Shown here piece after piece: positions 1 through 10,152 of a stretch of DNA of 64,000 nt. The notes below the pieces were generated by a model, which was given only the letters and a program-made list of their open reading frames with translations, did no database searches and was not told the origin of the DNA. The DNA lies in the NCBI GenBank assembly GCA_965371785.1, contig CBDUZS010000001.1, positions 5,297 to 69,296 of the forward strand, given 5' to 3'. The stretch comes from an uncultured bacterium. GTDB lineage: Bacteria > Fermentibacterota > Fermentibacteria > Fermentibacterales > JCC-6. Each line of letters starts with the position of its first letter. Position 1 is the first letter of the stretch. Both the position numbers and the translations under genes were made by a program.

Positions 1-464
1 ATGTCGGTTGCCCAGAATGACGGCACGTTGCCTAACGCGGGGAAGACGTCAACGATGGCTACCCGGGATCCGGCAAGCGGTATTACGCCACGTAGAACAA
101 CGTTCTCGGATGGTCCCGCAATTTCCTCAACCGATTCGTAACGTGTTTCGAGCCCCTCTCCGAGAACCGCAGGGGTTCGCATGATTCCTGAGGGAAGATG
201 CAAAGCGCTTCCCGAGAGGACTGAGAACTCCAGGTCCGGATAGACGCCGGGTGGAACGGGCACGAAAAGAGTCCTGACGGGAAGAATCGGTTCACCCGGA
301 ACGAACCTGTGTCTCAGGCCCTCGGCCTCCAGAAACGTGGCATCATCGATCTCGCGGATATGGGGAAGAGAAAAGTTCAGTTCGATGGAGAAGCCGGGCT
401 GTCCAGCGGTACGGGCACCGGAAGCAGCAATGCAGATCAGCAGGAGATTCAGTGGAACGGTCAT
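1..464 (-). CDS. N-terminal part of a second PorU/C25-like secreted protein (runs off the window edge)
   Basis: Not in the ORF track. Manual translation from ATG 464 (overlaps the cobB TGA) is open to base 1: MTVPLNLLLICIAASG...FVPVPPGVYPDLEFSV...TPAVLGEGLETR...PLAGSRVAIVDVFP. This is colinear with the N-terminus of 1204-5001 (FCIPLPPGVEPEIEFSI...TPELIGIGLDTR...RLAGTRMAVVSVRP). Confidence 0.8.
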   Translation of the reverse strand, partial: MTVPLNLLLICIAASGARTAGQPGFSIELNFSLPHIREIDDATFLEAEGLRHRFVPGEPILPVRTLFVPVPPGVYPDLEFSVLSGSALHLPSGIMRTPAVLGEGLETRYESVEEIAGPSENVVLRGVIPLAGSRVAIVDVFPALGNVPSFWATD

Positions 465-1201
465 GTGTCCAGCTCTCCGATCAGTTCCGGGAGTACGGCC
501 CCCGCAAAACCCTTGATGGAGAGAACACCCTGAGTACCGGTGAACTCGGTTTCCTCAGGGTTGACCTCGATCACAAGGGCACCGGCGGCCAGTGCAGTGT
601 ATGGTATTCCCGCTGCCGGATATACAATCATGGACGTTCCGACGACAAGCATTAGATCACACTCACCGGCAAGATCACATGCTCGGGAAAAGGATTCGGA
701 AGGCAACGGCTCTCCGAACAGAACGACATCCGGTCTGAGATAGCTCCCGCACTCGCAGGGGGGAGGAAGCACATCGAGGAGACCGGGTGACAGGTGAGTA
801 CGGTACCCGCACCTATCGATGCAGGATGCCGTGAAAAGGCTGCCATGGAGTTCTATTACGTCCACGTGTCCCGCCATCTGGTGGAGTCCGTCGACGTTCT
901 GGGTAATGACAGGCAACCTGCCTTTCATCGTCTGGAGATCGGTTAACGCTCCGTATCCTGCGTGAGGCTCCACGTCTTCACCTGCGATCAGTCTGTCCCG
1001 GTACCATTCCCAGACAAGCCGGGGGTCTCTTCGCAGCGCCGAGGGAGTTGCGAGATCCTCTGCGCGGTGTTCACGCCAGTGACCATCCTCTCCCCGGAAC
1101 GTCCTTATGCCGCTCTCAGAGGACATACCCGAACCAGTAAAAACAACCGGTCTGACCGATCGGGCTATCAGTTCCCGTGCTCTCGCTTCGCAGCCCTGCA
1201 T
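461..1201 (-). CDS. cobB: NAD-dependent protein deacylase (sirtuin, Sir2 family)
   Basis: FTGSGMSSESGIRTFRG, ITQNVDGLH, ELHGS, Zn-binding Cys pairs, RPDVVLFGE, VGTSMIVYPAA. Start moved to ATG 1201, just after the upstream stop. Confidence 0.93.
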   Translation of the reverse strand: MQGCEARARELIARSVRPVVFTGSGMSSESGIRTFRGEDGHWREHRAEDLATPSALRRDPRLVWEWYRDRLIAGEDVEPHAGYGALTDLQTMKGRLPVITQNVDGLHQMAGHVDVIELHGSLFTASCIDRCGYRTHLSPGLLDVLPPPCECGSYLRPDVVLFGEPLPSESFSRACDLAGECDLMLVVGTSMIVYPAAGIPYTALAAGALVIEVNPEETEFTGTQGVLSIKGFAGAVLPELIGELDT

Positions 1202-1203
1202 CT

Positions 1204-4200
1204 CTACTCTCGAAGGATTGCAAATACATCCGTGATGGATGTACTTCCGGACTGATACGAATCGAACTCGATTCGATACACGTAAGCTCCTGAGCCGGGG
1301 AAGTCTCCATCCATATCCCTGCCGTTCCAGAGTACCTGATTGTACCCGGAGTGACATGTTGCGCCAGTCCTCCATATCTTCCGGCCACTCACGGTGTACA
1401 CCGATATTTCACAGACGCCGTCGAAGGCAACGGTAAAATTGAAAGTCCTCTGTCCGTAACCAGGATTTGGATGGACGAATACACCTGTCATGAGATCGAG
1501 TGGAGCCTGCACAACAACGAAATCGAGTGTATCCTGCGAGCCGTTACCCATGCCATCCCACGCGGCAACGATCAGCCTGTGGTTTCCTTCGAACAGCTCA
1601 GGCAGCTCGAACTCGATATCACCAGTAGTGTAACTTCCTGCCCGGTACGAGAAATGGGAGCTGAGATCGAATCCCTGGGTATCGAGGCTCATCAGTATCG
1701 CTCTTCCAGCCGAACCGCCCAGAGCACAGATACCGCTCTCATCGGATAGTGTTGCCTGAAGCGTAACCTGTCCCCACACCTCGGGCTGGTCGGACTGCCT
1801 GAGACCGTTCACCATGAGATCCATCTCCGGGCCGATGCTGTCTTCCGGGTGCTCTCCAGTATCGATTACGTCTATCCATTCCCTGAAAGCGACCTGCATG
1901 GAGTTACCGTTCAGCCAGATCATCGAACATCGTCCATACGATCCCGTATCAGCCTGTACAGGCATGAAGAACTCGATAGTTTCCGGTCCGGAACCATACG
2001 CCTCAACGACTCCCGAAAATGCTCTGCTCCCATATTTCAGATAGGTTATCTCGGCTCCACCAAGGCAGGTGTAAGTAGTGTAACCACCGCTCTCCCAGGC
2101 GCTGAACCAGCCGATAGCAGGGCCGGGGGAACTGGATAGAGCCGTGTTCAGATTCCCCCTGCTGAGAACGTCTTCGTCGATGCTGATGGTTTCCGGCTCC
2201 AGGTCCGGTCTTATGAGGATCGTGCCCCCGTCACCCAGCAGAACGTTGTAGAGGTTCCTGTGCACTCCAGGGTTAGCAATCTTGCCGGCCCAGAGAGCCT
2301 CTCCGATGGAGTATTCATCCTGGTTGTACAGGAGATCGTAAACGGTGACGTAGAGATTCTCATTCTGTGCGGAATAGGTTCCCCTTGTTGCGGCAATTGT
2401 TGCGATCGATCCGCCATCCGGTTTCAGTACGAATGCCTCCCCCAGGCAATCGGTTGAAATCAGATCGAACTGACCGACGTTGCAGGTCGCGAAACAGGCC
2501 AGGGGCAATCTCGGACCGTTGTCGATCTGTGAAAGATCGCTTGTAATAAGAAGTTTTTCTCCGGCTATCTGGCCATACGAGCCGTGCCCGAAGAACGAAA
2601 AGGAGCTGCAACCCTCGGTGAGCAGTGAAATGAGATCCTGCCGAGCAAGGGGTTTCTCCGGATGAACACTGCTTGGCTCGGGGACCGTGCCGGGAGGCCA
2701 GGGATATTCTATGAGGTAGAATTTTTTCCTCTCCAGGTCCGGAGGCAACAGAGTGTCTGCAAGCACCTCACAGGTTCTTACGTGCTGTGTCTCGTTGAAA
2801 TGATGACCCCATTCGTCATCTGCTATGAGTACAACCCGGTTGCACCATTCCCCGGCAGAACTGCCCGAAACGTAACCGATCATCTTTGCGATGTAGTCAG
2901 TCAGCTCCCCGACTGTATTGACGGAGATCCTGCTGATGGGAACCTCGGGGAGTTCACCGCCTTCGTGCGCAATGACGAAGCAGTCCTCTATCAGTTGACC
3001 TTCCTCATCGTCGAGAAAGATGCAGACCGGTATGAGGGTCTTCTCCGGCGTGATGTACATGAGGGGATCGTAATTCCCATCACCAATAAGGAGCAGTTCC
3101 TCGGCTGGAACATCCCATTCGTCCTGTGTGAATCGGAAGAAAGAGCGAATCGCACCCGGGTCTCTGATTCCCTGACCGAATTCATCGTAGACTTCACCGG
3201 CCATGACAGAGGCGGTGGTCTGCCCCCTCAGTGCATACAGCGCAGAAATCGGAGAGATGTAATCCTGAAACTCGTCTGCGATGACAACGACCGCATCACC
3301 TGGCACCAGGCTGCCCAGGATTCGGCCCGGGCTTGCGGCGACCATCGAATCCGGGCTCTTCCAGTCCTCGGGATTTACGGCGAAGAGCCTGCTGTACGAA
3401 TTGATCTCATGAGAAAAGCCGAGCTGATCATTCATCCGGACGACATCGGACAGGCTCAGCGGCAGGAAGGGATCGGTAACATCGAAGAGTTCACAACGTT
3501 CTCCGCTCGAGGTTTCCGGAACAGCACCGCCCAGAGTAAAGGTGTGCTTCCCCAAGTTGTTGCGGTTGAAAAAGAGTTCACGACCGGTACCGTTGGACAG
3601 GCTCCTGGGATAGATGACATGGATGTAGTCGAGGTAGATGTTTGCCGGCCCGTCGACGAAAAGGAGTTTAAGCTGGTTCAGTGACTGATCCATTGTCACA
3701 TCCTCGAATACGAGCGTATTCCTCCCTTTGTTTCTGGCAAAGCCGACACCGATGAGAACCGATCCCATGTAGGCATGGATCTCGTTGGCCCCCTTCTCGT
3801 CAGCGATCAGTGAGACCGTGATCTGACCGGAAGCTTCGGGAGACGGAGAGGAGAAGTAGAAATACCCTGGAGTGTTCTTGTAGAGGGCTGACCAGGCCCA
3901 GCCTGTGTTCGTCTCGAATTCGGGCAGCCAGCTGGTCTCGTGTTCGATCCATACGTTGTCTGCAAGTGAATCACCCCACGCCGGGGATCCATCGGGTGGA
4001 ACGGGCAGCGAGGACATCCTAAGGCCGCTCTCCCCTCCCCAGGTCAGCCAGTACACGTTATGGGTGGCATACCTGTGGTAGGTCCGCTCGAGGCTGTTTC
4101 CCCCGGTCGGTTCGAAACGACTCAGTGACTGGGCAAAGAACATGAGAGAGTCCGTAGAGTCGAAGTAACCATCGCCTCCATCCTCGACGAGTATGGCTAC

Positions 4201-5001
4201 ACCGGTCAGGGAGTGCTCCTCTTCCGGCTGTTCGAGAGAGAACTGTCTGCCGGGGCCGGTATACATGGCTAGTGTAGCCGACAATGCTCCCGTCACGTCG
4301 ATACCCGCATCGGAGAGTTCCTGACCGGTAACGCTGTAGAAACCTGTGTCCAGTATGGACATCCTTGCCCAGGGTCTGCCCCAGAACGTGCTTTCGCTTC
4401 CTCTCACCGGATCGATGGACCAGACTAGAGTACCGGGCAGGGCAACAAGACCGGCAAGGGAACCATCCGGTGCTCTTCCACCCGGTGTTCTGGACCAACC
4501 GATGCTGACGGTGATCTCCGCAGCGCATTCGGAAAGAGAAGTACCGTAGAATGGGCGAACGGATACTACAGCCATTCGGGTTCCGGCAAGCCGCATCACA
4601 CTCACAACGACCGGATCAACGGGGACGGGAGCGGGAAGTGATGAAGGCACCACTTCGCGAGTATCGAGACCAATACCGATAAGCTCCGGCGTAAGAGCCC
4701 ACTCCTCCCGTACGTGTGCGGGTGGCCGCATTGCAGCGATTGAGAATTCGATCTCGGGCTCGACTCCTGGCGGGAGGGGAATGCAGAACGAGTACTCCGG
4801 TCTCAGGAAATCACCTTCCAGCGACGACAGACCTGCACCCTGAAGCCGAGGATACACTCCGTCAGGAGTGCTGATGAACACAGGTTCGGGCACGGTTATC
4901 CGGACTGAAGCGCCCTCGTCCCCCGAGTAGAGAAGCAGCACTGGCTCTGAATCCAGAGGCGCTGTTGTCAGCAGAAGTGACAGCAGGAGCAGAAGAGGCA
5001 C
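1204..5001 (-). CDS. PorU-like C25 (gingipain-clan) protein, putative T9SS sortase, with FlgD-like C-terminal domain
   Basis: Signal peptide; YATHNVYWLTW; VYDEFGQGIRDPGAIRSFFR; LLLIGDGNYDP; catalytic FFGHGS and FATCNVG; C-terminal HPNP...LWNGRDMDGDFPGSGAYVYRI. Confidence 0.85.
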   Translation of the reverse strand: MPLLLLLSLLLTTAPLDSEPVLLLYSGDEGASVRITVPEPVFISTPDGVYPRLQGAGLSSLEGDFLRPEYSFCIPLPPGVEPEIEFSIAAMRPPAHVREEWALTPELIGIGLDTREVVPSSLPAPVPVDPVVVSVMRLAGTRMAVVSVRPFYGTSLSECAAEITVSIGWSRTPGGRAPDGSLAGLVALPGTLVWSIDPVRGSESTFWGRPWARMSILDTGFYSVTGQELSDAGIDVTGALSATLAMYTGPGRQFSLEQPEEEHSLTGVAILVEDGGDGYFDSTDSLMFFAQSLSRFEPTGGNSLERTYHRYATHNVYWLTWGGESGLRMSSLPVPPDGSPAWGDSLADNVWIEHETSWLPEFETNTGWAWSALYKNTPGYFYFSSPSPEASGQITVSLIADEKGANEIHAYMGSVLIGVGFARNKGRNTLVFEDVTMDQSLNQLKLLFVDGPANIYLDYIHVIYPRSLSNGTGRELFFNRNNLGKHTFTLGGAVPETSSGERCELFDVTDPFLPLSLSDVVRMNDQLGFSHEINSYSRLFAVNPEDWKSPDSMVAASPGRILGSLVPGDAVVVIADEFQDYISPISALYALRGQTTASVMAGEVYDEFGQGIRDPGAIRSFFRFTQDEWDVPAEELLLIGDGNYDPLMYITPEKTLIPVCIFLDDEEGQLIEDCFVIAHEGGELPEVPISRISVNTVGELTDYIAKMIGYVSGSSAGEWCNRVVLIADDEWGHHFNETQHVRTCEVLADTLLPPDLERKKFYLIEYPWPPGTVPEPSSVHPEKPLARQDLISLLTEGCSSFSFFGHGSYGQIAGEKLLITSDLSQIDNGPRLPLACFATCNVGQFDLISTDCLGEAFVLKPDGGSIATIAATRGTYSAQNENLYVTVYDLLYNQDEYSIGEALWAGKIANPGVHRNLYNVLLGDGGTILIRPDLEPETISIDEDVLSRGNLNTALSSSPGPAIGWFSAWESGGYTTYTCLGGAEITYLKYGSRAFSGVVEAYGSGPETIEFFMPVQADTGSYGRCSMIWLNGNSMQVAFREWIDVIDTGEHPEDSIGPEMDLMVNGLRQSDQPEVWGQVTLQATLSDESGICALGGSAGRAILMSLDTQGFDLSSHFSYRAGSYTTGDIEFELPELFEGNHRLIVAAWDGMGNGSQDTLDFVVVQAPLDLMTGVFVHPNPGYGQRTFNFTVAFDGVCEISVYTVSGRKIWRTGATCHSGYNQVLWNGRDMDGDFPGSGAYVYRIEFDSYQSGSTSITDVFAILRE

Positions 5002-5146
5002 CGTTCTCCCCTCAGGTTACGGTCGGATCGAGAGCAAGGGCTCCCCGATCCGATCGATCCTTTCCGCCGGGAACACAACCCCGAATATCGATCATATATA
5101 TTCCATAGGCCATAGTTTCGTTACTATTCATCTAGCACAGGGAGAC

Positions 5147-6373
5147 GTGATGGGTTCCCTCTCGTGGCATCTGGCCTGGAGATACATCCAACGGCACCCA
5201 CATAGACGGCACATCGCCTTCTCCACAATTGTGAGTGTAGCCGGTGTTGCACTTGGAGTTGCGGCACTTGTAGTAGTGATGAGCGTGATGTCGGGGCTGG
5301 AGGAATTCATTCGCGAATCAGTTCTCATTGTCGACGCTCCGCTTGTTATCGTTCCCGTCGAAGGTGCCGGATTCGCGTTTCCCGACTCCCTTCTCGATTC
5401 ACTCGAGAGCCTATCACAGATAGGCTCCATCTCACCTTACGTCGAAGGCGAAGCCATTGCCCGGCTTCCCAGAAGAGATATGGATGCCGGATGCATCGTC
5501 CGGGGAGTCGAGCCCGATAGGGAATTCGATGCTACAGATATGGCTTCGAGAATGTCTTACGGAAGCGCCATTCTCAGACTGGAAGACGGATACCCGTGTA
5601 CCGTAATGGGTCTGTACCTTGCTGAGGAATTCGCGCATGCAAGCGGTGACACGATTTACTTCTTCTCACCGAAATCGCTTTTCTCCTCCAGAAACTTCGG
5701 TATTGCGAGAGCGATACTGATCGGCGCTGTCGAAACCGGGCTGCCGGTCAACGACCAGTCGATAGCCTATCTCCCGCTCGAACTCGCCCAGAGGCTTTAC
5801 ATGCCGGAGGGCGGATACAGCGGCATTTCGATAAGACCTGCGGAGGGATACAGCATGGATGATGCTGCCGAAGCCCTGTCTCCACTCCTGCCTGATCACG
5901 TCAGGATAGAGACCTGGCAGGAAAGGAATCCAGGCCTGACGGCTTCGATGAAACTCGAACGGCTCGGCTCCTTCATGGCAATCCTTCTCATTATTCTCGT
6001 CGCCACGTTCAACATCGTCGGAACGATATCAAGGTCTGTGGTCGAGAGAACCGAGGACATCGCCATCCTCAAGGCTATGGGCGCTGCAAGAAAGCTGATA
6101 ATGAAGGTCTTCCTCTGGGAGGGAGTACTGGTTGGTTCCGTCGGTATTGCGGCTGGAGTAATAATCGGCCTTGCGGGTTGCTACGTCATCGGTTACACGG
6201 ATCTCATCCATCTTCCGGACGTTTACTCCTTCCATGAGAACATGCCGCTGAACATCTCGCTCCCGAACATCGCCGTCATTGCAGCAGCGGCCATGGTTCT
6301 CAGCATAGCCTCGGGAATCGTGCCCGCAGTGAAGGCTGCATCACTCGACCCGATCAAGGGTCTGCGAAAATGA
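5147..6373 (+). CDS. LolC/LolE-family lipoprotein-releasing ABC transporter permease
   Basis: N-terminal SVAGVALGVAALVVVMSVMSG; VATFNIVGTI...ERTEDIAILKAMGA; C-terminal PAVKAASLDPIKGLR. Confidence 0.9.
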   Translation: MMGSLSWHLAWRYIQRHPHRRHIAFSTIVSVAGVALGVAALVVVMSVMSGLEEFIRESVLIVDAPLVIVPVEGAGFAFPDSLLDSLESLSQIGSISPYVEGEAIARLPRRDMDAGCIVRGVEPDREFDATDMASRMSYGSAILRLEDGYPCTVMGLYLAEEFAHASGDTIYFFSPKSLFSSRNFGIARAILIGAVETGLPVNDQSIAYLPLELAQRLYMPEGGYSGISIRPAEGYSMDDAAEALSPLLPDHVRIETWQERNPGLTASMKLERLGSFMAILLIILVATFNIVGTISRSVVERTEDIAILKAMGAARKLIMKVFLWEGVLVGSVGIAAGVIIGLAGCYVIGYTDLIHLPDVYSFHENMPLNISLPNIAVIAAAAMVLSIASGIVPAVKAASLDPIKGLRK

Positions 6374-7299
6374 TCGTTCTTCTCATGTCGCTTCTTGCAT
6401 ACCCGTTTTCCCCGGCGGATTCATGCTGGAAACTCGTCACCCTGGGCGAGGTGCCTGAACGGGCTCTTCTCTTCGCAGAGCTGGCAGCGGGAGAGGAAGG
6501 TCAATCCATGCTCGATATGGGCAGACTTCTCGAAATTTCAGGCAGATTTCAGGATGCAGCAATGTACTACGGCACTATCTCTATACCCGTCTCCGAACCG
6601 GAAGTCATCCTCTGGCTGGGAAACCGTCGAGCTGGATCGACAGCGCTGGATACGGTTCTGGTTCTCGAAACTTTCGTCACGAACAACGGCCGTAACCCGG
6701 TGATCGATCTCACGCTGATCGTACCCGTTCCGGTTTCCCACGCTCCCTACCAGACCATCGAGATCATCGGGGGAGAATATTCCCGCGATGGAGGTCTCCT
6801 GTCGCTTCTCATCGACACACTCGCACCATCCGAAACCCGCGTGGCATCTGTACAATTGAGAATCAGGCAGGAGCCCTACACGTTCAGACCAATCCCCGAC
6901 CCCCTTGCCGGAACCAGCCTTCGGAATATTTCAGAACTGATGGGCGGCATACCCGTCCCCGAGGAGTATTCGGGAAGCGGTCCATGTTTCGACATGTCAC
7001 TGATGCTTCGGGAGCGATCAGCCGATCTGGATCTCAGCCTCAGCATAGTGGGAGGGCTCATACGAAGAGGCGACAGCCTCGTCTTCCATGCCTGGAATCT
7101 CCTGGACGAAGACTTACCCGGTCTGCCGCTGGATCCCCTCTTCTTCAGGACCGACACGCTCTTTGCCATTGGTCACTGCCCCACGGATGTCATTCCACTC
7201 TGGGATCTTCTCAGCACGGATGGAAGTGAACTGGTCGTCCTCTACCCTTCGCAGGAGGCTGACCTGGAGATTGGAATGAGCGCCGCATTTGTCCGCTGA
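6370..7299 (+). CDS. Exported protein with a possible transglutaminase-like domain
   Basis: Signal-like N-terminus; SGPCFDMS...VFHAWNLL...PLDPL matches the Cys-His-Asp spacing of transglutaminase cores. Translationally coupled to lolC/E. Confidence 0.55.
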   Translation: MIVLLMSLLAYPFSPADSCWKLVTLGEVPERALLFAELAAGEEGQSMLDMGRLLEISGRFQDAAMYYGTISIPVSEPEVILWLGNRRAGSTALDTVLVLETFVTNNGRNPVIDLTLIVPVPVSHAPYQTIEIIGGEYSRDGGLLSLLIDTLAPSETRVASVQLRIRQEPYTFRPIPDPLAGTSLRNISELMGGIPVPEEYSGSGPCFDMSLMLRERSADLDLSLSIVGGLIRRGDSLVFHAWNLLDEDLPGLPLDPLFFRTDTLFAIGHCPTDVIPLWDLLSTDGSELVVLYPSQEADLEIGMSAAFVR

Positions 7300-7311
7300 A
7301 AGGATCGATGG

Positions 7312-9135
7312 ATGAGAACAATCCCGCTGCTGATCGTCCTGACGCTCCTCACTCAATCCTGTGGACCGGCACCGGAAGAAGTGATCGATCTGCAGTACGT
7401 AGTCGAACGGTTCCTCGAAGCAACCGGAGGGCGTGAAAACCTCGAAGCCCTGAGGGTGATCCACACGACCGACAGCATCACCATTGCAGGACTGTCGGGA
7501 ACGACCGAATCCTGGTGGGTAAGAGAGCCGTTCAGCGGCCGTACGACCATCGATCTGGGGATAGTAAGGCAGGAAGTCCTGATGATCGGCGACAGCGCCT
7601 GGACGGTTGACAGAAACGGCCATCTATCCCTGGGAAGCCAGGAGGCTCTGCAGGAGGCGGAGCTCGCGCAGAAAACGGTCTTCTACGATGTTTTCCTGAA
7701 CCAGACAGACCTGGAGCTTCTGTCGGATACTCTGATAGACGGAATCGCTGCATGGCCTGTCGTTATCCATGGCGAGACCCCGGTTACACTCTACCTCTCG
7801 GAGAAGACCTGGCTACCGGTTCTCCTGACCGTAACGATCATGGGAATGGAGATCCGGCAGTACCCTTCGGATTACACGGATATCGGCGGCGTAATCAGTG
7901 CGATGAGCACGAGGGATGTCATTCCCGCTTTCGGTCAGGAGAGCATATCAAGGAACATCCTGACCGAATACAACGTATCGGTTCCCGATTCCATCTTCTC
8001 CATTCGAGAAGGTGCGACGGACTGGCTCCTTTCTTCTCCAGGACAGCCGGCCCCGTTCGAACTCTCCGATGGACACATCTACCTGGAGGGAGATATCTGC
8101 GGCAGGACGGTGACGATTCTCCTTGACAGCGGAGCAGGCGCTACCGTTGTCGATTCAGTCCTTGCCTCGGAACTGGGGCTGGAAGGAACAGGCAACTTCG
8201 TCGCACAGGGGCTGGGAGGAGCACAGTCCGTCTCCTTCGTCCACGTGTCCGAATACACGGTCGCGGGGGCAACCGTGAGCGGACAGAACCTGGCGGTCAT
8301 GCCTCTCGACAGGCCCTTCTATCCCGCCACAGGGAAGCACATAGGTGTCATACTCGGTTACGATTTCCTGAGCCGTTTCGTTACGCTGCTGGACTTCGGC
8401 AGAAATGAGATCACCCTCTGGGATCCTGATTCCTTCCGTTACGCCGGTGATCAGCCCACGATCCCCGTAACCCGGACGATGAGCCTGCTTTCTATAGATG
8501 CGGTTCTGGAGGATTCGATCCCGGTAACTCTCCTCCTCGATACCGGTGCGGGAGGGAACCTTCATCTCACCCCGACGTTCTTTGAAGATTACCCCGATTT
8601 CCTTGGTGGACGGCCCACTTTCCAATCGGTTGTCCAGGGTGTCGGTGGCAAGGAGGAAATCGTTGCCTTCAGAGTGAGCGAAATCACTCTGGGCGAGCAC
8701 ACAGTTCCCTGCGGGATTTCGTCCAGTTTTGGAGACACTCCGATTCTGTCACAGTTCCATGGCATTGTCGGAACAGGAATTCTCGCGCGGTTCAGGCTGT
8801 ACCTGGACTACGGCCGGGGCACTATCATCCTCGAGCCTTCATCTCTCTACGAAGAAGGCCTCCCCGAAGACATGACGGGACTGGGGTACGAGATTGAAGA
8901 AGGCAGCATCGTCGTGAAGCATGTGATATCCGGTTCAGCCGCCGATGCATCGGGAGTGCTGGAGGGTGACATCCTCGTATCGCTCAACGGGACACCCGTT
9001 GGGGCGGACGACCTCGATGAACTCGAACTGCTCGTACCCGATGAAGAGGGTTCCACGCTGGAACTGGTAGTACTCAGAGACGGAGCGGAGATCTCGCTGG
9101 ACATCATGCTTTCGAGACTTATAACTGCCGATTAG
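7312..9135 (+). CDS. Lipoprotein with two retropepsin-like aspartyl protease domains and a C-terminal PDZ domain
   Basis: Lipobox LLTQSC; LLDSGAG...ILGYDFL; LLDTGAG...IVGTGIL; PDZ GSAADASGVLEGDILVSLNG. Confidence 0.88.
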   Translation: MRTIPLLIVLTLLTQSCGPAPEEVIDLQYVVERFLEATGGRENLEALRVIHTTDSITIAGLSGTTESWWVREPFSGRTTIDLGIVRQEVLMIGDSAWTVDRNGHLSLGSQEALQEAELAQKTVFYDVFLNQTDLELLSDTLIDGIAAWPVVIHGETPVTLYLSEKTWLPVLLTVTIMGMEIRQYPSDYTDIGGVISAMSTRDVIPAFGQESISRNILTEYNVSVPDSIFSIREGATDWLLSSPGQPAPFELSDGHIYLEGDICGRTVTILLDSGAGATVVDSVLASELGLEGTGNFVAQGLGGAQSVSFVHVSEYTVAGATVSGQNLAVMPLDRPFYPATGKHIGVILGYDFLSRFVTLLDFGRNEITLWDPDSFRYAGDQPTIPVTRTMSLLSIDAVLEDSIPVTLLLDTGAGGNLHLTPTFFEDYPDFLGGRPTFQSVVQGVGGKEEIVAFRVSEITLGEHTVPCGISSSFGDTPILSQFHGIVGTGILARFRLYLDYGRGTIILEPSSLYEEGLPEDMTGLGYEIEEGSIVVKHVISGSAADASGVLEGDILVSLNGTPVGADDLDELELLVPDEEGSTLELVVLRDGAEISLDIMLSRLITAD

Positions 9136-9147
9136 GTCCGGTCGAAT

Positions 9148-10119
9148 TCAGGAGAAATGATCGTAGCCTGACAGGTGTGTCTGTAGAATCTGCCCCCCGG
9201 AGTGAACGTGCACGCTTCCGGTTCCCTCGCAGCTGTAGCCAACCTTCGTAAAGCCCTCTGCTGCGAAGTCCTGCCCGCTCTTCGCACCGAATAGAAGAAC
9301 GAAATCCTCTCCGGCTGACGCGGCATCGAGCGGTCTGTCGGCAACGGAGCCGAACATGGGGACCAGATCGAGCTGGATGTGTGTATCCACCCCGCTCTCC
9401 CGGGCGAGGTGAGCTGCTTCCGAGATAAGTCCGTCCGAGATGTCTATCGCAGCATGGACTCCCCTGTCCAGAAGTAATCGCGAAGCTTCGAATTCGGCTC
9501 TGGGCTGCAGGAAAGCCCTGATCTGCTCGATGGAGGCGGGATCAAGCCCCGGATTGACAGGTTCCAGACCGGGTCCGGACATGCCTCCAGCCCTGTCGAG
9601 CAGTGCCGGAGCATCCACCGCGCGACCTATTGGCCCCGTCAGCCACAACCGGTCGTCCGGTCCAAGAGATGAACGCAGAAGCAGTTTTCCCGGATCACCG
9701 CCCTCGCCAACCGCGGTCAGGGTCAGCGTGAATGCGGCGGATCTGATGATTTCACCGCCAGCCAGTACGCAGTCCCGTCTGCAGGTCAGCCCTCTGTAAA
9801 AATCTTCCAGCCATTGCACCTCCAGGTCGGGAGGAAGCCCGAGGGCCGCGAACACCCAGCCAGGTTCAGCTCCCATCGCGGCGAGATCTGACAACGCGGC
9901 TTCGAGCAGGCGGCGGCCGAGAATATCCGGATCGCACCACCATCTGTGAAAATGGGTTCCCTCCTGAAAGGAATCGGTGGTGACGACAGGACAGGACAGA
10001 GGGCTGAGCACTGCACTGTCATCACCGATGAGCGTAAGAGAAGGGAAGAGGTCTCTAATTCTGCTTATCAGCGCGCGTTCACCCAGTTCGCCAACCGTAG
10101 GGTTTTTCAGGGCATCCAC
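9148..10119 (-). CDS. thiL: Thiamine-monophosphate kinase
   Basis: GERALI, IGDDSA, TTDSFQEGTHF, LSDLAAMGAEP, AAIDISDGL, GEDFVLLF, GYDHF. Confidence 0.92.
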   Translation of the reverse strand: MDALKNPTVGELGERALISRIRDLFPSLTLIGDDSAVLSPLSCPVVTTDSFQEGTHFHRWWCDPDILGRRLLEAALSDLAAMGAEPGWVFAALGLPPDLEVQWLEDFYRGLTCRRDCVLAGGEIIRSAAFTLTLTAVGEGGDPGKLLLRSSLGPDDRLWLTGPIGRAVDAPALLDRAGGMSGPGLEPVNPGLDPASIEQIRAFLQPRAEFEASRLLLDRGVHAAIDISDGLISEAAHLARESGVDTHIQLDLVPMFGSVADRPLDAASAGEDFVLLFGAKSGQDFAAEGFTKVGYSCEGTGSVHVHSGGQILQTHLSGYDHFS

Positions 10120-10152
10120 CTCCAGAAGCGGTAAAAGACAATCGAACGGCAG

